Positions 12,373 through 26,298 are shown, counted from the first letter of the stretch. The stretch is 64,000 bases of DNA from Trichosphaerium sp. ATCC 40318 (GCA_038496445.1 JALMLS010000593.1:186001-250000); one strand, 5' to 3'. Numbers and translations are program-made. Notes: generated by a model from the letters alone, not told the origin.

Positions 12373-14480
12373 TTATTTTTTTGCCATTACGGCTTCAATT
12401 GCAGAAATAGTTTTAGGAGCAGTTGTGAAGTTATCAATACCATCCTTAGTAATCAATACATTGTCTTCAATACGAACACCGCCAAACCCTAGTGACTTGT
12501 GAGTAAAAACTACAAAAGACAACAATTTTTTTTTTGATTTCACCTCTAAACTCAGCAATCTTATCTTCATTCAAATATTTCGCCAACTTCGGATCCTTCA
12601 AGGCAGAATCAAGTAGATAATCACCAAAGTAACACCCTGGTTCCACAGTGATGACCATACCAGGTTCAAGAGGTCGTGTCATACTAAAGCAATCAGTAAA
12701 AACAACCCAACTAAAAAAATTAGCTTTTAGAGAACGTACCGTAAGCTTCTAACTCCTGGCTTATTCACACGTGTTGTAGGATCTGGGTAAGCACCTACAT
12801 CATGTGTCTCAAGTCCAAGCATATGTCCCAATCCATGAGGCATAAAAATAGCACCCACTCGCTCTTCAACCATCGTATCAACATTAGCATCTTCTATAAT
12901 CACATTAACAAACGTCTTGAACAGTCCTTTGTAGTTTTGCCGTAAGATAAAAATCACGTGCTCTTTAGGACACCAATATTCTGCAAGTGTTTGCATAGTA
13001 CTTTTTCAGCAAGGTAATGCATATCTAGCCTAGATAATAAAGTAAGCTTGAATTCCTTTTTTTGTTTCAACAACTTACCAAGCTACTCCTGGTTTCATAG
13101 ATTTTAATACAGTCTCTTGCATATCTAATACTGCATTGTATATCAATTTTTGCTTATCAGAAAATTTGCCATTGACAGGGAATGATCGTGTGATATCAGA
13201 GGCATAGCTAGAGACATAGTTTTAGAGTCACTAAATGAATGAAGTTTTGAGGTTATTTTGAAAAGAAATAATCTTACCAGTGATACTCTCCACCAAGATC
13301 AAGTAAAAGCATTGCATTATCAGCTACTTTCCCATTATTAGGTTCACCCTTTTATGAAATACTGTCAGTTATTCTCAATTTATTCTTAAAAAATACCGTA
13401 CAGCGTGTCCATAGTGTAACATTGCACCATTAGCACCAGAACAGCAAATAGGCGTGTAAGCTTGGAGAAAATACATTAGTGATATAAAACACACCTAACA
13501 CTTGCAAAAGAAGGAGTACCTAGTTCTCTCATACCACCGTGCCTAAAAAGCACAATTTAGTCAAATAGATTCAAAATGATTTTAAATCTTACTTGAGTAC
13601 GTAGTATCTAAAATCAGCTTCCAGCTGGTATTCCATCATACCTGGGAACGCATTCTTCATCATAACTAGTCATAAGAGGTTATTTATGAGCATTATCAGA
13701 TAGCATTGATAAGGTGTAGTAATCTAATAAAGACAACTTACAAACATGTGCTTCGCTTGATATTTTGTTTGCAAATCGCATCAAAGCAATCTCCTCCTCT
13801 GTTTTATGGAGACGCAATTCGGAGATTATAGAGTATAGTGTATCTTCGTTGATGGCGTATTTTTTAGTAATACTATCACTCAGTACATGACCAGGGCTAA
13901 CGTCACCACTATCGGCATTCTTGCCTAAACAATAAAAAAAAATCACGATTTGTTCCTCAACTTATAGATGTCTTTACCTTTGATAGTGTAGACTGTCTTC
14001 GTGTCTAGCTCTGAGAGAACTTTATCTATATCCTCTACAGCAACGACCCTGTCTACTTCGTACATGTCCTTCCATTCTTTGTGCGATTTGATCTACTTGT
14101 CAATAAGTGTTTGTCTTGCTTTCGTGCGTACTGTTCCAAACCACACAGCGTAAGCCTCTGGGAACGTAGGTGAAAGTAATATTGAAGTACGGTTGTCAAC
14201 GTCCAGAATACCCATAAAGTCTGGCTCTTTTACGCCATATAGCCAGTGAAAATAGCTTTCTTGCCTTAAGGGCGGTTAAAAACACAATTTTACGCGGTAT
14301 GTACCTGAATAGTATCTCGTGGTCAGTCCCTGCCCTGGTTTGTTGTTTTCCGCCTTGTACAACAATAACTGATCCTTTAGGGAAATCTTTGCAGCAATCA
14401 AATAAACGTGCTCTGTTTTTGGCGTGTAGAGCCATTGGCACTTGATGTGTAGCGGTACCACGAGAATATGCACCTTTCAT
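12373..14480 (-). CDS. PEPD: Xaa-Pro dipeptidase (prolidase, M24B)
   Basis: [65 protein letters not shown]; an upstream in-frame ATG at 14537 is also possible. Confidence 0.95.
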
Positions 14481-14557
14481 TGCTTGTGTATGAGATTTCA
14501 AATCAAACGTTGACAATTTAGGACTTTTTTGAGTCATTTTGACATTCTCAATTCACA

Positions 14558-15094
14558 ATGCGTATTGCAAGTCTTGTAGTTTTGTTGTGTCTCATTATTG
14601 GCATAACCGCTTCGTTTGATGACTTCTTTGAGGATTTTGAAGCCGGTAAAAAAGTGGACTATCACAAAATGGTACAACGTACTATACAGGAGAGCAAAAA
14701 GCAGTTGGAAGACATGGTAGATGATACTTTTGGCGAAAAAATTGGTAGATTTGTTTCACGTCACACTGGACGCGTGGAGAGGGTTGCAAATCGTTACTTC
14801 AACAAGCTAGATAAAGCGCTTCGCACAGAGAAGCTTGGAGACAGGTTATTTAGAGAATACGACAAAATAATCGGTAAGGCACAAGCTGCAGTAGATGACT
14901 ACAATCCTCAAGATTGTATTGATGGTTTGAAGGACACAGGAATTAGTTCACGCATCATTGAACGTACTTGTGATTTCTTAGGAGAAACCATGGAAGAAGA
15001 CTTACGTGAACAAGCAGAAGGAGTACTTGAGGAAATTAATGAAACACGTAAAAAACTCGAACACCAGCTGGAATTGCACTTGACTGAAGAATAA
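14558..15094 (+). CDS. Secreted acidic helical protein, 178 aa, intronless
   Basis: Uninterrupted ORF with signal peptide MRIASLVVLLCLIIGITA. Confidence 0.75.
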   Translation: MRIASLVVLLCLIIGITASFDDFFEDFEAGKKVDYHKMVQRTIQESKKQLEDMVDDTFGEKIGRFVSRHTGRVERVANRYFNKLDKALRTEKLGDRLFREYDKIIGKAQAAVDDYNPQDCIDGLKDTGISSRIIERTCDFLGETMEEDLREQAEGVLEEINETRKKLEHQLELHLTEE

Positions 15095-15241
15095 GACAAA
15101 AACGGGTTAATCAATAGTGTACCAACAAGTGTTGATATGACAACGGTATTTTTGGAGCGTTTACAACGTATGACAGCGTTTCCACCGCTGTTTTGTATCA
15201 ACTCAATTTTCAATAAATAAAGTAGTCTGTAGTATGTGTAC

Positions 15242-16989
15242 TTATTGCATTGAATTATATTCACGTAAAACAACAGGTACTGATGTTGGAGGTATCATAC
15301 CAACCTCAGAAATAACGAGGGAGATGAATTCAGAAGGAAGTAAATCGTACGTCAAGTTGAGTAGCTTGAGGTTCTTGTTGCTCTTCCAACTCTTTAAATG
15401 ATGTGTTGTGTTGAGTAATGACGGATCATCTAAAGAAATAAAGTTATTTCTCACCGAAGCAAAGACTTGCAAAAGAAAAAAAAAGGATAAAAAAAAGGAT
15501 AAAAAAAATAAACAATACGAACCAATTTCGTTGTAACAAATTGCATCTAACTGCGCTTTATCTGCGAATTTATATGTTTCAGTTGCAATAATCACAGGTA
15601 CATGATGGACTTTAGCCATCATGGCGACCATAGCTGAACCTGATTGACTCAAGGAGCAACCTGAACAATTCTTAGTAAGCAATAAAATGTCAACAAGTAA
15701 GAAAAATTGCCTACCATTAGCGAGCATAGCAGAGGCACCGAAGAACACTTTTGATACTTCTCTTATGATATATGATACACCAGTAATCAAGCAATACGTG
15801 CATTTTATGCCTTCCTTTATCAGTCTCTTCATCAACTCCTTACCTATTTTTTTGTCAAAAAAACAATATTCTACGATTAATCATTACCTTCAAAACGTGG
15901 CCTTGAATCTACTACTACAACGCGAAATTGTTTTCCTGTGCTATGCGCTTTGCGCAACATCATTTCTATAACATGATTGCTACAAGAGTTAATGAAGAAT
16001 GACACTTAGAAGATTACTAACCTTCCATAAGTAAGCACAACGTCTCCTTCGTTTATCTTTGCACAACAAAGATCTGCTATTATTTCATCAGCTGCAATAA
16101 TACGCTCTTGTATGTAGTCATCAATGCTATCATTTAAAAATTTCTTTGCCTAAAAAATAACCGTCAGACATGTCATGATAAAATTCATTGAATAAGAAAC
16201 ATACTTGTGCTTCTGACATGCCACGCGTCTTACCAATCTTTGTCTTTAAGTGTTTTATGGCATTACCCATACCTTGAGGTTGTAAGGAAGGAGTAAAAAG
16301 CTCAATAAAGTACCAACACAGAGAGGGCGACAATCAATTAAATACTGTATGATTGGTTTTAAGCTCTCTCCCAAATCAACCTGTATAGGCCTCTGACGTG
16401 GTGTGTCGGCGGTAGCTTTGTAAGAATAGTCCTTTTTAAGCTGTTAGGATAGTGTAATGAAGGGTTAGAGCGTGCCCATTGCTTGAGAGAGGTCAACATT
16501 GCTACAATTAAAATGTGAGACTTGGTTCAATTTTTGAAGGTTTAGTACCAGCAGTTCGCGCGTTGCTGCCATGTATCTTTCTGGAACGAAACAACAATCC
16601 CAATTTAACCACACCTGGAGGAAGTTGCTACTAGAGCTAAGCTTCAATCGTTAAAGCACTTCTTACCGCTGTTTTGATTGTAATACCAACTGGTGCGCGG
16701 TACTCGTACTGAGGTAAATGAGAAAAGAACTCAACAAGCGTTTCGTCTTTAGCAAGTGGAGATTTGTGTATCTATAACATGTTAGAGCGTAACAACGCAG
16801 TTTGTTATTAACCTGTTGTTTAGCGAATTTTTTCCTACGTGAAGGATCATCTAACTGATGTCCTGTTTGTTGTTGTTGTAATTTCTTGGCCTTAGCGCGA
16901 GCTACACGCTCTGCTCTTGATAATTGAGGCTTTTTGCCCTTCTTATTTTGTCCCTTCTTCTGATTGGGCTTTCCTCCCTTGTCTGCCAT
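15242..16989 (-). CDS. EIF2B4: Translation initiation factor eIF2B delta subunit
   Basis: Lys/Gln-rich N-terminus, HGSNAR, GMGNAIK.LK, DSRPRFEG, SKVFFGA..MLANG, ETYKF, LNLTYD, EVGMIPPTSVPVVLRE. Confidence 0.92.
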
Positions 16990-17073
16990 AGTACCAAGCA
17001 CGTTTTTTTTTGTTGCAGATTGAAGTCAAAATACAGTCGTCAATGCTGTAACAAAATCCCGTGACTCACCCGT

Positions 17074-17863
17074 ATGTACAATCAAAACAACATGCGTAGG
17101 AATACTACGTCATCAGCTATGGCTTTCAAACGGTTAATGAATGAATACAAAGGTACTAATACGCTGTTCGACGTGGTCTCACGCGCACTAGAGCTCACGG
17201 AAAATCCACCAGAGGGCATAATTGCAGGTACAAGACGATTACGTACGACATTTACGTAATTACGTAGGACCAATCACAGAAGATAATTTTTTCGAGTGGG
17301 AAGCGTTTGTTGCGTACGTCACATTGTTTTTTTGCTTTCAACAAACTTACCAACGTCATTAGTGGTCCTAGCGACACGCCATTTGAGGGTGGGTACATAT
17401 AACGTACTACCACATTGACATGTTTTGTTAGGTGGTGTATTTCGTGCTATCCTTAGATTTCCAAAAGATTACCCTTTGTACCCACCTGAAATGATTTTTA
17501 CAAGCCGAATGTGGCACCCTAATGGCATGTCAACAAAGTGGAGACATTATTTTAATATCATATTAGTCTATAGTAGCGGTAAAGTATGTATATCCATCTT
17601 GCACGCACCAGGAGATGATCCACTACTTTATGAGAAGTCTTCTGAACGTTGGTCTCCAGTACAATCAATAGAAAAAATACTAATATCTGTCATGTCAATG
17701 CTTGCCGGTACGATATCTGTTCAACTTGTGTTGGTTTTTATTCATTGTAGAACCTAATGACGAAAGCCCTGCCAACATTGAAGCAGCAAAAATGTGGCGT
17801 GATCATAGAGAACAATTCAACAAAGTTGTTGAAGATACAGTTCGTGAAAGCTTATCTTTATAA
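17074..17863 (+). CDS. UBC7: Ubiquitin-conjugating enzyme E2 UBC7/UBE2G2
   Basis: [55 protein letters not shown]. Confidence 0.95.
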
Positions 17864-18003
17864 GCCCTAAATGAGGGTCAACCTATTGTAAATAGAAACA
17901 GTATTTGCGCTCGCGTTAGGGAGCAGTTATACACGTGTTATTCATCACTTGCAAGCAAGTGTTTAAGTTCCGAAAATAATTCACTAAAAAGCTTACAATT
18001 ACT

Positions 18004-20233
18004 ATGGCAACGAAGCCTGATCTCTGTTTTGTGCACTTCAATGACGCTTATCATATTGAATCACGCTCTAAGGATCCATGTGGCGGTGCAGCAAGGTCCT
18101 AGCGCATAACTTGCTTACAATTTCTAATACGCCCTCAGATTTCACACCGTTTACCGTAGATGGGATGAACATAATCCGTTACGTTTGTTCAGCGGAGATT
18201 TATTCAATCCATCATTAAGTACTCGATATAGCCCGAATAACACTAACGTCGACTAGTGAGCACTGTATTTAAGGGCAAACAGATGGTCGGCGTGTTAAAT
18301 CGCCTAGGTGTTCATTACAGTTGTATTGGCAACCACGACTTCGATTTTGGGGTACTCACGCGCAACAAAGTTAATAATAACGCAAAATAGATTGACGCCT
18401 TGAAAAAGCTGTTATCCCAAACAGACACTAAATGGCTAATGAGTAACTGCTTCGATAAAGAAAGAAACGAAATGATGGCTGGAGGCGCTACAAAACAATT
18501 GATAGAATGGCAAGGCGTTAAAATTGGTCTTGTTGGTCTCATTGAAGAAGAATGGATAACTACGCTCACCATGGACACTGACAACTTGGAGTACGCGTAA
18601 TTTATCCTGTCTGATCAAGCCATGTTGATGTGAGTGCTTAGATACACGGATTTTGTTTCTGCCGGTCGTAAGCTCGCTCAAGAACTGCGTGCTGAAGGTG
18701 CACAAGTACGAACAGAATTTCCATTGTGCAAAACTCTTGTGCACTTAATTTCAACTCAATCTGATCGCCATCTTAGCTCGTGATAGCATTGACACATATG
18801 CGAACTCCTAATGATGTGAAACTCGCAAAAGCTGTACCAGAAATTAACATTGTACTGGTACGCCAAAAGGTGAAACTTGGCTAGTGTTTTGTAACGGTTT
18901 TTTCACAAAGGGTGGACATGATCACTTTGATTTAAATGAAAAACATGGAGACAGCTATGTTATAAAGAGTGGCAATGATTTCCGTAATGTTTCTCGTATT
19001 TTTCTTTACTGGGATAATCCAGAAAAGACAAAGTTCCATCTTGATGTTAAGCTTGTTGATGTAAACTTGTCAGAGAAAGAAGATCCAGAAATGGTTAAAA
19101 TAGTGTCTGAATATGTAGGAGTACGTATTATTTGCTTTTTAACAAAACATTGTAACAGTTCAGAGATTAGTTTTTTTTTCAAAATTGGAGTTTACTGTTT
19201 GCCTCCGCTGTGTTCTTACCGCTTTACAAGGCTATGCAAAAGCGTATGGGTAAAAAAATTGGTGCTGTAGATGTCCAGCTTGACGCTCGTACTGCTACTT
19301 GTCGGTTAGGCGAAAGCAATGTTGGTTAGTGGTACAGTGTTTTGTGTTATTAATAATGTATTAAAGGCAACTTAATTTGTGATACTCTTATTACAAATTT
19401 GAACGTAGATTGTGCTATGATAAATGGTGGTACTATTAGATCAGATGATACATATGGTCCAGGAGACTTCACTTTACGAGGTAACTAACAATCAATAGAT
19501 ATAAATGATATAAAAAAGATTCTAACTATTTTCTTTCTAGATTTGCTTCTTATACTTCCATTTGAAGATAAAATGGTTGCTATTACAGTAACTGGCCAAA
19601 ACATTTGGGATGCTTTGGAAAATGGTGTCAGGTGCATTGTTATAAATAACAAATCGCTCATAACGATAACTTTAGTCAAGTACCTAAGCAAGAGGGAAGA
19701 TTCCCTCAGGTTGGAGGTATTAGATTCACGTACGACTCAAGACTTGAGTCTGGAAAGCGAGTGTTATCCGTAGAGATTGGAGGAAAGCCTGTAGATCTCA
19801 AAAAGGTACCAAGGACTTATTCCCTCTCTTTTTTGTGATGCTCAAATTTATTGTAGAATTACAATTTGGCTTGCAAAAGTTACATGGCAGAAGGTAAAGA
19901 TGGATATGAGTGCTTAGAGGTACTGCTATTATTTGTGAACCTGAGGTTCTAAATGTTTTAGGATAAGAACTACACATTAGAAGAAGAGAACGGACCTTTG
20001 CTTTCTTGTTTGCTTCGCATGGACTTCTTGAAAAGAAAAGTGAGTATTGTTTTTTTTTGGTAGTCATAACAATGTTTTAGGTTGTCCAGCGCTTACATGA
20101 GATTAACCACGCTGAAGACTACAGTGCGGTTGGTAAAGCAGTAGCTAAATTCAAAGGCGAAAAGCAAATACATTTCGACCACATTTCGCCTGTTGTAGAC
20201 GGTCGCATACATGATGTTGCCAAAGACAAGTAA
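18004..20233 (+). CDS. 5'-nucleotidase/apyrase family metallophosphoesterase
   Basis: HFNDAY, GGAARF, FSGD, GNHDFDFG, LTHMR, GGHDH, ESNVGNLICD, INGGTIR, GRFPQV, GKDGY. Confidence 0.9.
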
Positions 20234-20817
20234 TAAATTTATACATAGATCTGTTTTCTCACGTGATCAACAAGTACACCAAGAAAATACTGCAAGAATT
20301 AATGCCAACCAATATCAAAAAAGTTGTCAAGAACACGTAAGTCGGGTATAGTATGTGGCCAATTACGCTGTTGTGAAATCGAAAAGTTACAGTAATTTAC
20401 TGCTGCAATTTCACAAGTTCTTCCATTGACATGATGGTACCATGTTTAAAGTCATAAGATATTTTGGTTGGGTAGAAAAAATTTGTGGTTGTGTTATTGT
20501 ACTCAAGCCTTTGAGTACTACGACGCCATGCCAACGGAAAAGGATCACTTACCTGACTTGTAAATCGAAAAGCGTAAAAAACAAGTTGTCACTTTTACGG
20601 TTTGCAAAGACAATACCCACTCGCGATTACGTAAAGAGCATCCAAATTTGCTTTAATTGCGCGATAGTTGACTAAATACGTACTAAGCCACAGAAAATTA
20701 TTGTCCAGGTTTTACAACGCGTTAATGCGCATACCATTATAAGTTACAAGTAAGTATACCCTTATTTGTGCCACCAATACACTAAAGCAATTTAGGCAAA
20801 CAAATGTACGCTAAATA

Positions 20818-23800
20818 ATGACTACAGTGAAGAAGAATCCGTTTGTATCGGTAGATAAAGCTTGTCGCGTATTTTCACTTCTACCAAATGAAATAAGCAC
20901 AATCATTGGCGCTGATGCCCATAATATCAAGCTAGAGCCAATGATAAAGCTTTGGTCAATTGGCGCAAAAGAAGTGTACTCAACAAGTAGCGCTAACGGC
21001 GTTCTGGTACTTCTAACAGGTAATTCGACCACTTCTACATTACGGATAATTGACACGAAAAAGAAAATGGCAAGCTCTACGAACTAGACACTGAGCCAGT
21101 TGACGGAAGAGAAGAATCTATGATTCCAAAGCTCCTTTTTAGCAAGCAAGAAGTAATATCTTTGAGCTGCAGCGCAAGTCACGTGTTGTTTTGTACTGGT
21201 ATGTACCCCATCACCATTTCTTTTTTTTTTTTTGATTTGTTTATTCGGTTTTTTTCTCTTTGTCTGTAGCGTTTTACCCTACGGTTTTTTGTTTATTATT
21301 TTACTTAGCCAATGGTGACGCTTATGGCCTTGGTGGTAACATATTTGGGCAACTGGGAACAGATACAAAGGAGGAGATTACCTCTCCAACTATTCTACCA
21401 CAGTTTCAACAAGCTAGCGTAGCTATAAAGGTAAGACCATAACAACAGTAAGCAAAGCAAAAAACCAATCAATAACAAAAAAAAAATGTAGCAAGTTGGA
21501 GCTGGTAATAATTTTTCTGTTTTTCTCGATTTGTCGGGTCAGTTATGGAGTTGTGGATGTTATAAAGGTTCGTAAATAGTTAACAATATATCTATATACT
21601 TCAAGAGCTTACAAGGAGATTAAAAGATGGTCGACTTGGTCATGGAGAAAAAGAATACGAACAAATTCATGTTCCTGTTAAAGTTGTTTGTGATAAAGTC
21701 ATTGAATCAGTGGCTGTTGGTTGGAGTCATGCTATCGCTTTGTCAGGTATTCAAAATGATCCTTAGTGATTTCATAAATTAATTACCTTTACCAGCAGGC
21801 GGAACCATTTGGGCATGGGGAAATGGAAAATATGGTCAATTAGGATTGGGTGATAAAGAAGATAAATTGATACCAACAGAGATTCCTGCCTCAAAAAGTC
21901 TTCAAATTGTTAATTACGGCGCTGGTTTCAGTATATCAGCGTTCCTTACAGGTACTATACAAGCTAAATAACCGCTAAAATCTAAAGAATATTATCAGGT
22001 GAAGGGGAGGTCTATGTGTTCGGTGCAGTAGGCGTTGAGCCAATTTCTAGAGGTACAATATAAGCAGAAATTTAGCGTGATTTTTAACAACTTTTTCGTT
22101 TTAGGAAACACTGACAAAGCCGATGAAGAAGGGAGTCTGGCCTCTTCTCAGAACCATCACAGTGAAGGTGATGTAACAACACCAACAATTCCAAAGCTTT
22201 TCCGTGGCAAGAAGATCGAAAAATTAGCATGCAGTACATTTCAAACAGCCGGTTTGGGTAAGGTTCTTCTCAATATTGCGGAAAATTGCTCTGACATTTT
22301 ATTTTTTTTTTTTGTTTGTAGATAACAATGGCACTATTCACATATGGAACCACAACCAATGCTCGTACGGAAGCGCAAGGCTTCCACATAAGTCAAAAAT
22401 ATCTAATTTGATCTGTAACGTGAAGTCTACGTATGCTACAATAGAAATGACAACGATTGTCATCAAAACTCTCGGAACTGAACCAGATGGTCAAATTGGG
22501 GTAAAAATTTTTTCCTTCACAATCCTCTCGTGTTGACTTTTTTTTTTTCTGTTAGATTTCGTCAGATAGCATTAATTTCCCTGTTGATCACTCTCAATTT
22601 CCTCTTAACCATTATATTGATGCCAATCTCGTTCTTACAAACTCCTCTCGTCAACAAGCAAGATTCAGATTCACGCCTAACTTCGAGGCCGGGAGCTACT
22701 TCTTTCGCTATTCTCTTCACCAAGGAACTATTCAACCTGGTTCTTTCGTTAAAGTTCAAGTCAGCCTCTTTATGAGAAAGCCAGTTGATGTTAAAACATG
22801 TATACGCTTACAAGTTGCTGGACGGGATGTATTACTCAAGTGTGAAGTCAATGGGTCTACAGATAAGGGTAAGAAAAGGAAGATGATCTTGAAACCTATG
22901 AAGATGATTGGTGAAGGAAACCAAGCAAAAGTCTACCAAGCGGTACAAAAAAAAAAAGCAATTTTTTTTTACAAACCACAGAATCAACACGCTTATTTTA
23001 ATGTTTAGATATTCTCTTACGAGGACGGTGTCTACCCTCAAGTTGTAGCTGCAAAGTTTTTTAAGGAGAAATACCACCACTTATGTGAGCGAGAGTGCGA
23101 TATACTTGGGTACGAACTCCTCAGACGTTTGTTAAAGAAATTACAAACAAGTTTTCTTGGATATTATTTTTTTTAAATGTTTACTTTAGGAAACTATTAC
23201 ATCCACGTGTAATCACTTATTTTCGATCCATTCCTGACCAACACTGTATGATCACCGAGTACAAAGCAATAATTTTATTTCACCTCTTTTTGTCTAACAC
23301 TAAGCAGGTACTACCCAAAGGGTAATTTATATGACTTGATACGCCTCAAAAAGATTGACCTAACAGTTGAGTTACAAATATCAATTTTACTTGATATCGC
23401 GTCAGGTATGGAATACCTACACGATGCTCACTATATTCACCGTGATCTCAAGACGTTGAACATACTGGTACAAGCGAAATAAAGCATTTTGTTCAGCTGG
23501 CAAGACCACCCTTCTAACTTTTTTTTTCTTTTCTTGTAGGTTTCTGAAGATGGACGAGCTGTTATTTGCGATTTTGGTACTACACGTGAGGAGAGCGCAA
23601 TGATGAGCCGCGGTAAAGGAACTGCGTTGTGGATGGCACCGGAAGGTAAGGAAGAAGGGAAAAAACAAGCTTCGGGAACGCTAATCATCTATTAGTGATA
23701 TTGGGAAGAGCGTACACTAAAAAGGCTGACGTGTTCAGGTACAAATAATGTCAAACAGTTTTGTCTTACTCACTTTTTTTTTTTCAATTAGTTTTGGCAT

Positions 23801-24166
23801 TGTTGTGTTTGAAGTAGTAGCGAAAAGAAGACCGTATAGTAAGAGAGAATACTTTGATGTTAAAGATTTTTACACTAGAGTGACTAAAATGCGGATGAGA
23901 CCTGGTAAGAGCCCTTGTATTTTCTTTTTTTTTTTTTTGATTTTTTTTGATAAAACAATTGTTTGGTATTTTGTTGCCTTATGCTTGTTGTAGAAATTCC
24001 AAAAGACTGTCCAGAATTTTTGGAAGTAATGATGACACGTTGTTGGCATACAATTGCTGACGTTCGTCCTTCATTTACTGCAGTTAGAAAAGCATTAGAG
24101 CAGTACCAAGGCGTGATGTTTTTCCTAAGAGAGAGCAAAGATAATCTAGCACATGTACCGATGTAA
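20818..24166 (+). CDS. RCC1-repeat protein with C-terminal TKL-type protein kinase
   Basis: RCC1 blades (GGNIFGQLG, AVGWSHA, WAWGNGKYGQLG), then IGEG, VAAK, IHRDLKTLNIL, DFG, GTALWMAPE, DVFSFG, RPSF. Confidence 0.88.
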
Positions 24167-24534
24167 TATAAAAATATTATATGGCTTTTTTCAAGGAACA
24201 AATTTCTTGCGTACCCACAGACAGGTTTTCTGAAATCCTTCTTGTTAAAAACTCAACCTACTAGTAGCGGTTTACTAAGGCGTACAAGTCACCCAAATTT
24301 TGCTTGTCAGTTATTGTTGGCACCCGCTCCTACGTACTTCTTTTTCTAAATGAAAAAGCACGTGCTTACAGAATATTACACTTGTGACAGCAAGACACTC
24401 ACTTGTATGAGCCTCTATACTACCTCACAACTCCTGTAGAACGTGCTATAAGTTGTAGTATAAAAAGTGCTGACTTAACTGTGCAATGTTGAAAAGTTGT
24501 CAAAATGCTACTTGTGATGTGAAGTGTAGCACTT

Positions 24535-25642
24535 ATGATCCCTAAACGTAAGTTGTGATGTGCCAATTACATAATATTGCCCTAAAACGCTTAATTCTAC
24601 TATAACAGAGGTGCTGGCCCATCAACGAAGCCTGCTTGATAGAATTGGGTATAAATTACGCGTAACTCATCTAGATGTTTGGTACAGCGCTACAGTACGC
24701 GATGTAGCACGCGAGGGAGGTAGTGCATTGGTAAATCAGTGCGTATTGTACTTCCACATAAAATTAACGACCATTGGTATGGCAAGTCACTGTTCAGGCT
24801 CCTTACGGCCACGCATCCTCAACACAACTGGATTGCATGGAAGTTTAAGTGCGTAACGAAAAGTTTAGCGTAACGTCACTCCCAATCTGACACATACAAC
24901 ACAGCACTTCTCCTATGAAATATTGGGATAATATAGACCACCAAAAAGCTATGATGGAGGATGTGTACAACAAGCTTGGTTTTTGTGACCTAAATGACTG
25001 GTACCAAGTTACAGTCAGGGATTTCGCGAGCTTTAACGGTGGTTCTGGGCTATTAAAGAAGTACAACCATGTTTAATTTTATGTTGCTACTTACCACCTT
25101 AGATACAATAACTCACTCGCTGATGCCTTGCATACAGTATATCCTAACCACACGTGGGACTCACGATTCTTTCGGTATATAATTGTTATGTTCTTCTTGT
25201 GACTTATTGCACGTGATAGTCCCAAAAAGAAATCTGCATCCAAAAAAAGAAAGGTGAATAAGTATTGGAAGAAATCTAGCTCTATTATCTCGTTTGTAAT
25301 GAAGGCAGAGGAGAGACTTAATATTACTTCACTAGAAGCATGGTATGTTAATTTTTATATAAGTGATTTTTTTTCGTAATTTTGAAAAATAGGACTCGTG
25401 TATCAGTTCAACAACTCTCAGCCGTTGGTGGTGGAGGACTCATCTCATACTTTCCAGATATCTTACCTATGGTTTACCCTGATTATTGTTGGCGTTACAT
25501 TACGTCTGTTCCCAAACGATCCGAACAAAGGTACCTCGTGCACTTGGATAAGTAGATATTTATAAATTTCTCCAGGTGGCTAGCGCAATGCGCTAAGCGG
25601 TGTTTCAAGTCGTTACCTCCACATATGCAACTCTCCATCTAA
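24535..25642 (+). CDS. Tandem ~76-aa Trp-rich repeat protein (3 repeats), NLS-like insert, no complete nuclease domain
   Basis: Spliced product has three units of W...Q...I...L.....DWY.V...D....GG..L...Y..SL...L...YP...W....F plus PKKKSASKKRKV; ends after RSEQRWLAQCAKRCF; paralogue of 32050-34090. Confidence 0.75.
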
Positions 25643-26298
25643 ATGAAGAAGCCTTCCAATAAGTGAAGTCGCAATTATACACAATTATGAATTGAATTTA
25701 CTTTTGTACCTTTGTTTCACAAAGTCGAACAAAATCGTTTAAATAACGTGCCTCAAAGCTCCCACAAACTATCATGTACACCAATTAAAGCTTTGCTAAA
25801 ACAGCCAGTGATAACTGAGCACAAATAAAGTTAATTGATTTTTTTTGTACTGAATTGCCCGAGCCATCCATTTTTGATTATTAACTTTAAAAGGAGGGTA
25901 TAACTTGAGTTGATCACATCCTAGAAAACCTAGCCAAGAAGCACGTTGACAAAATATAATGAAATTAAAAGGTTTAAAAACACCCAAACAAAACAAGGAT
26001 TATCTATTCAATAAAAAAGCGCGAAGCCACCTTACGTGGTAGCGCTAGTAGATATAATATCCTTTTATAACTTAATTAAACCAAAAGGTACGTCACGTGA
26101 TTTTGTCTTTTTCTCCCAAGGTGTTACAACGATAGCGATTTTTAAAGCCTTACTATGCAATTTGACGTGCTATACATGTACTCAATACGTAAGCATCATA
26201 CTGGCAGGAACTAACGACTATATAAGAGAGAAAGCGATATTTAACGTTTTCCTTATCGGAAACGCGGAGTTGTGGTAGACAATCGTATTATTTGAGAG

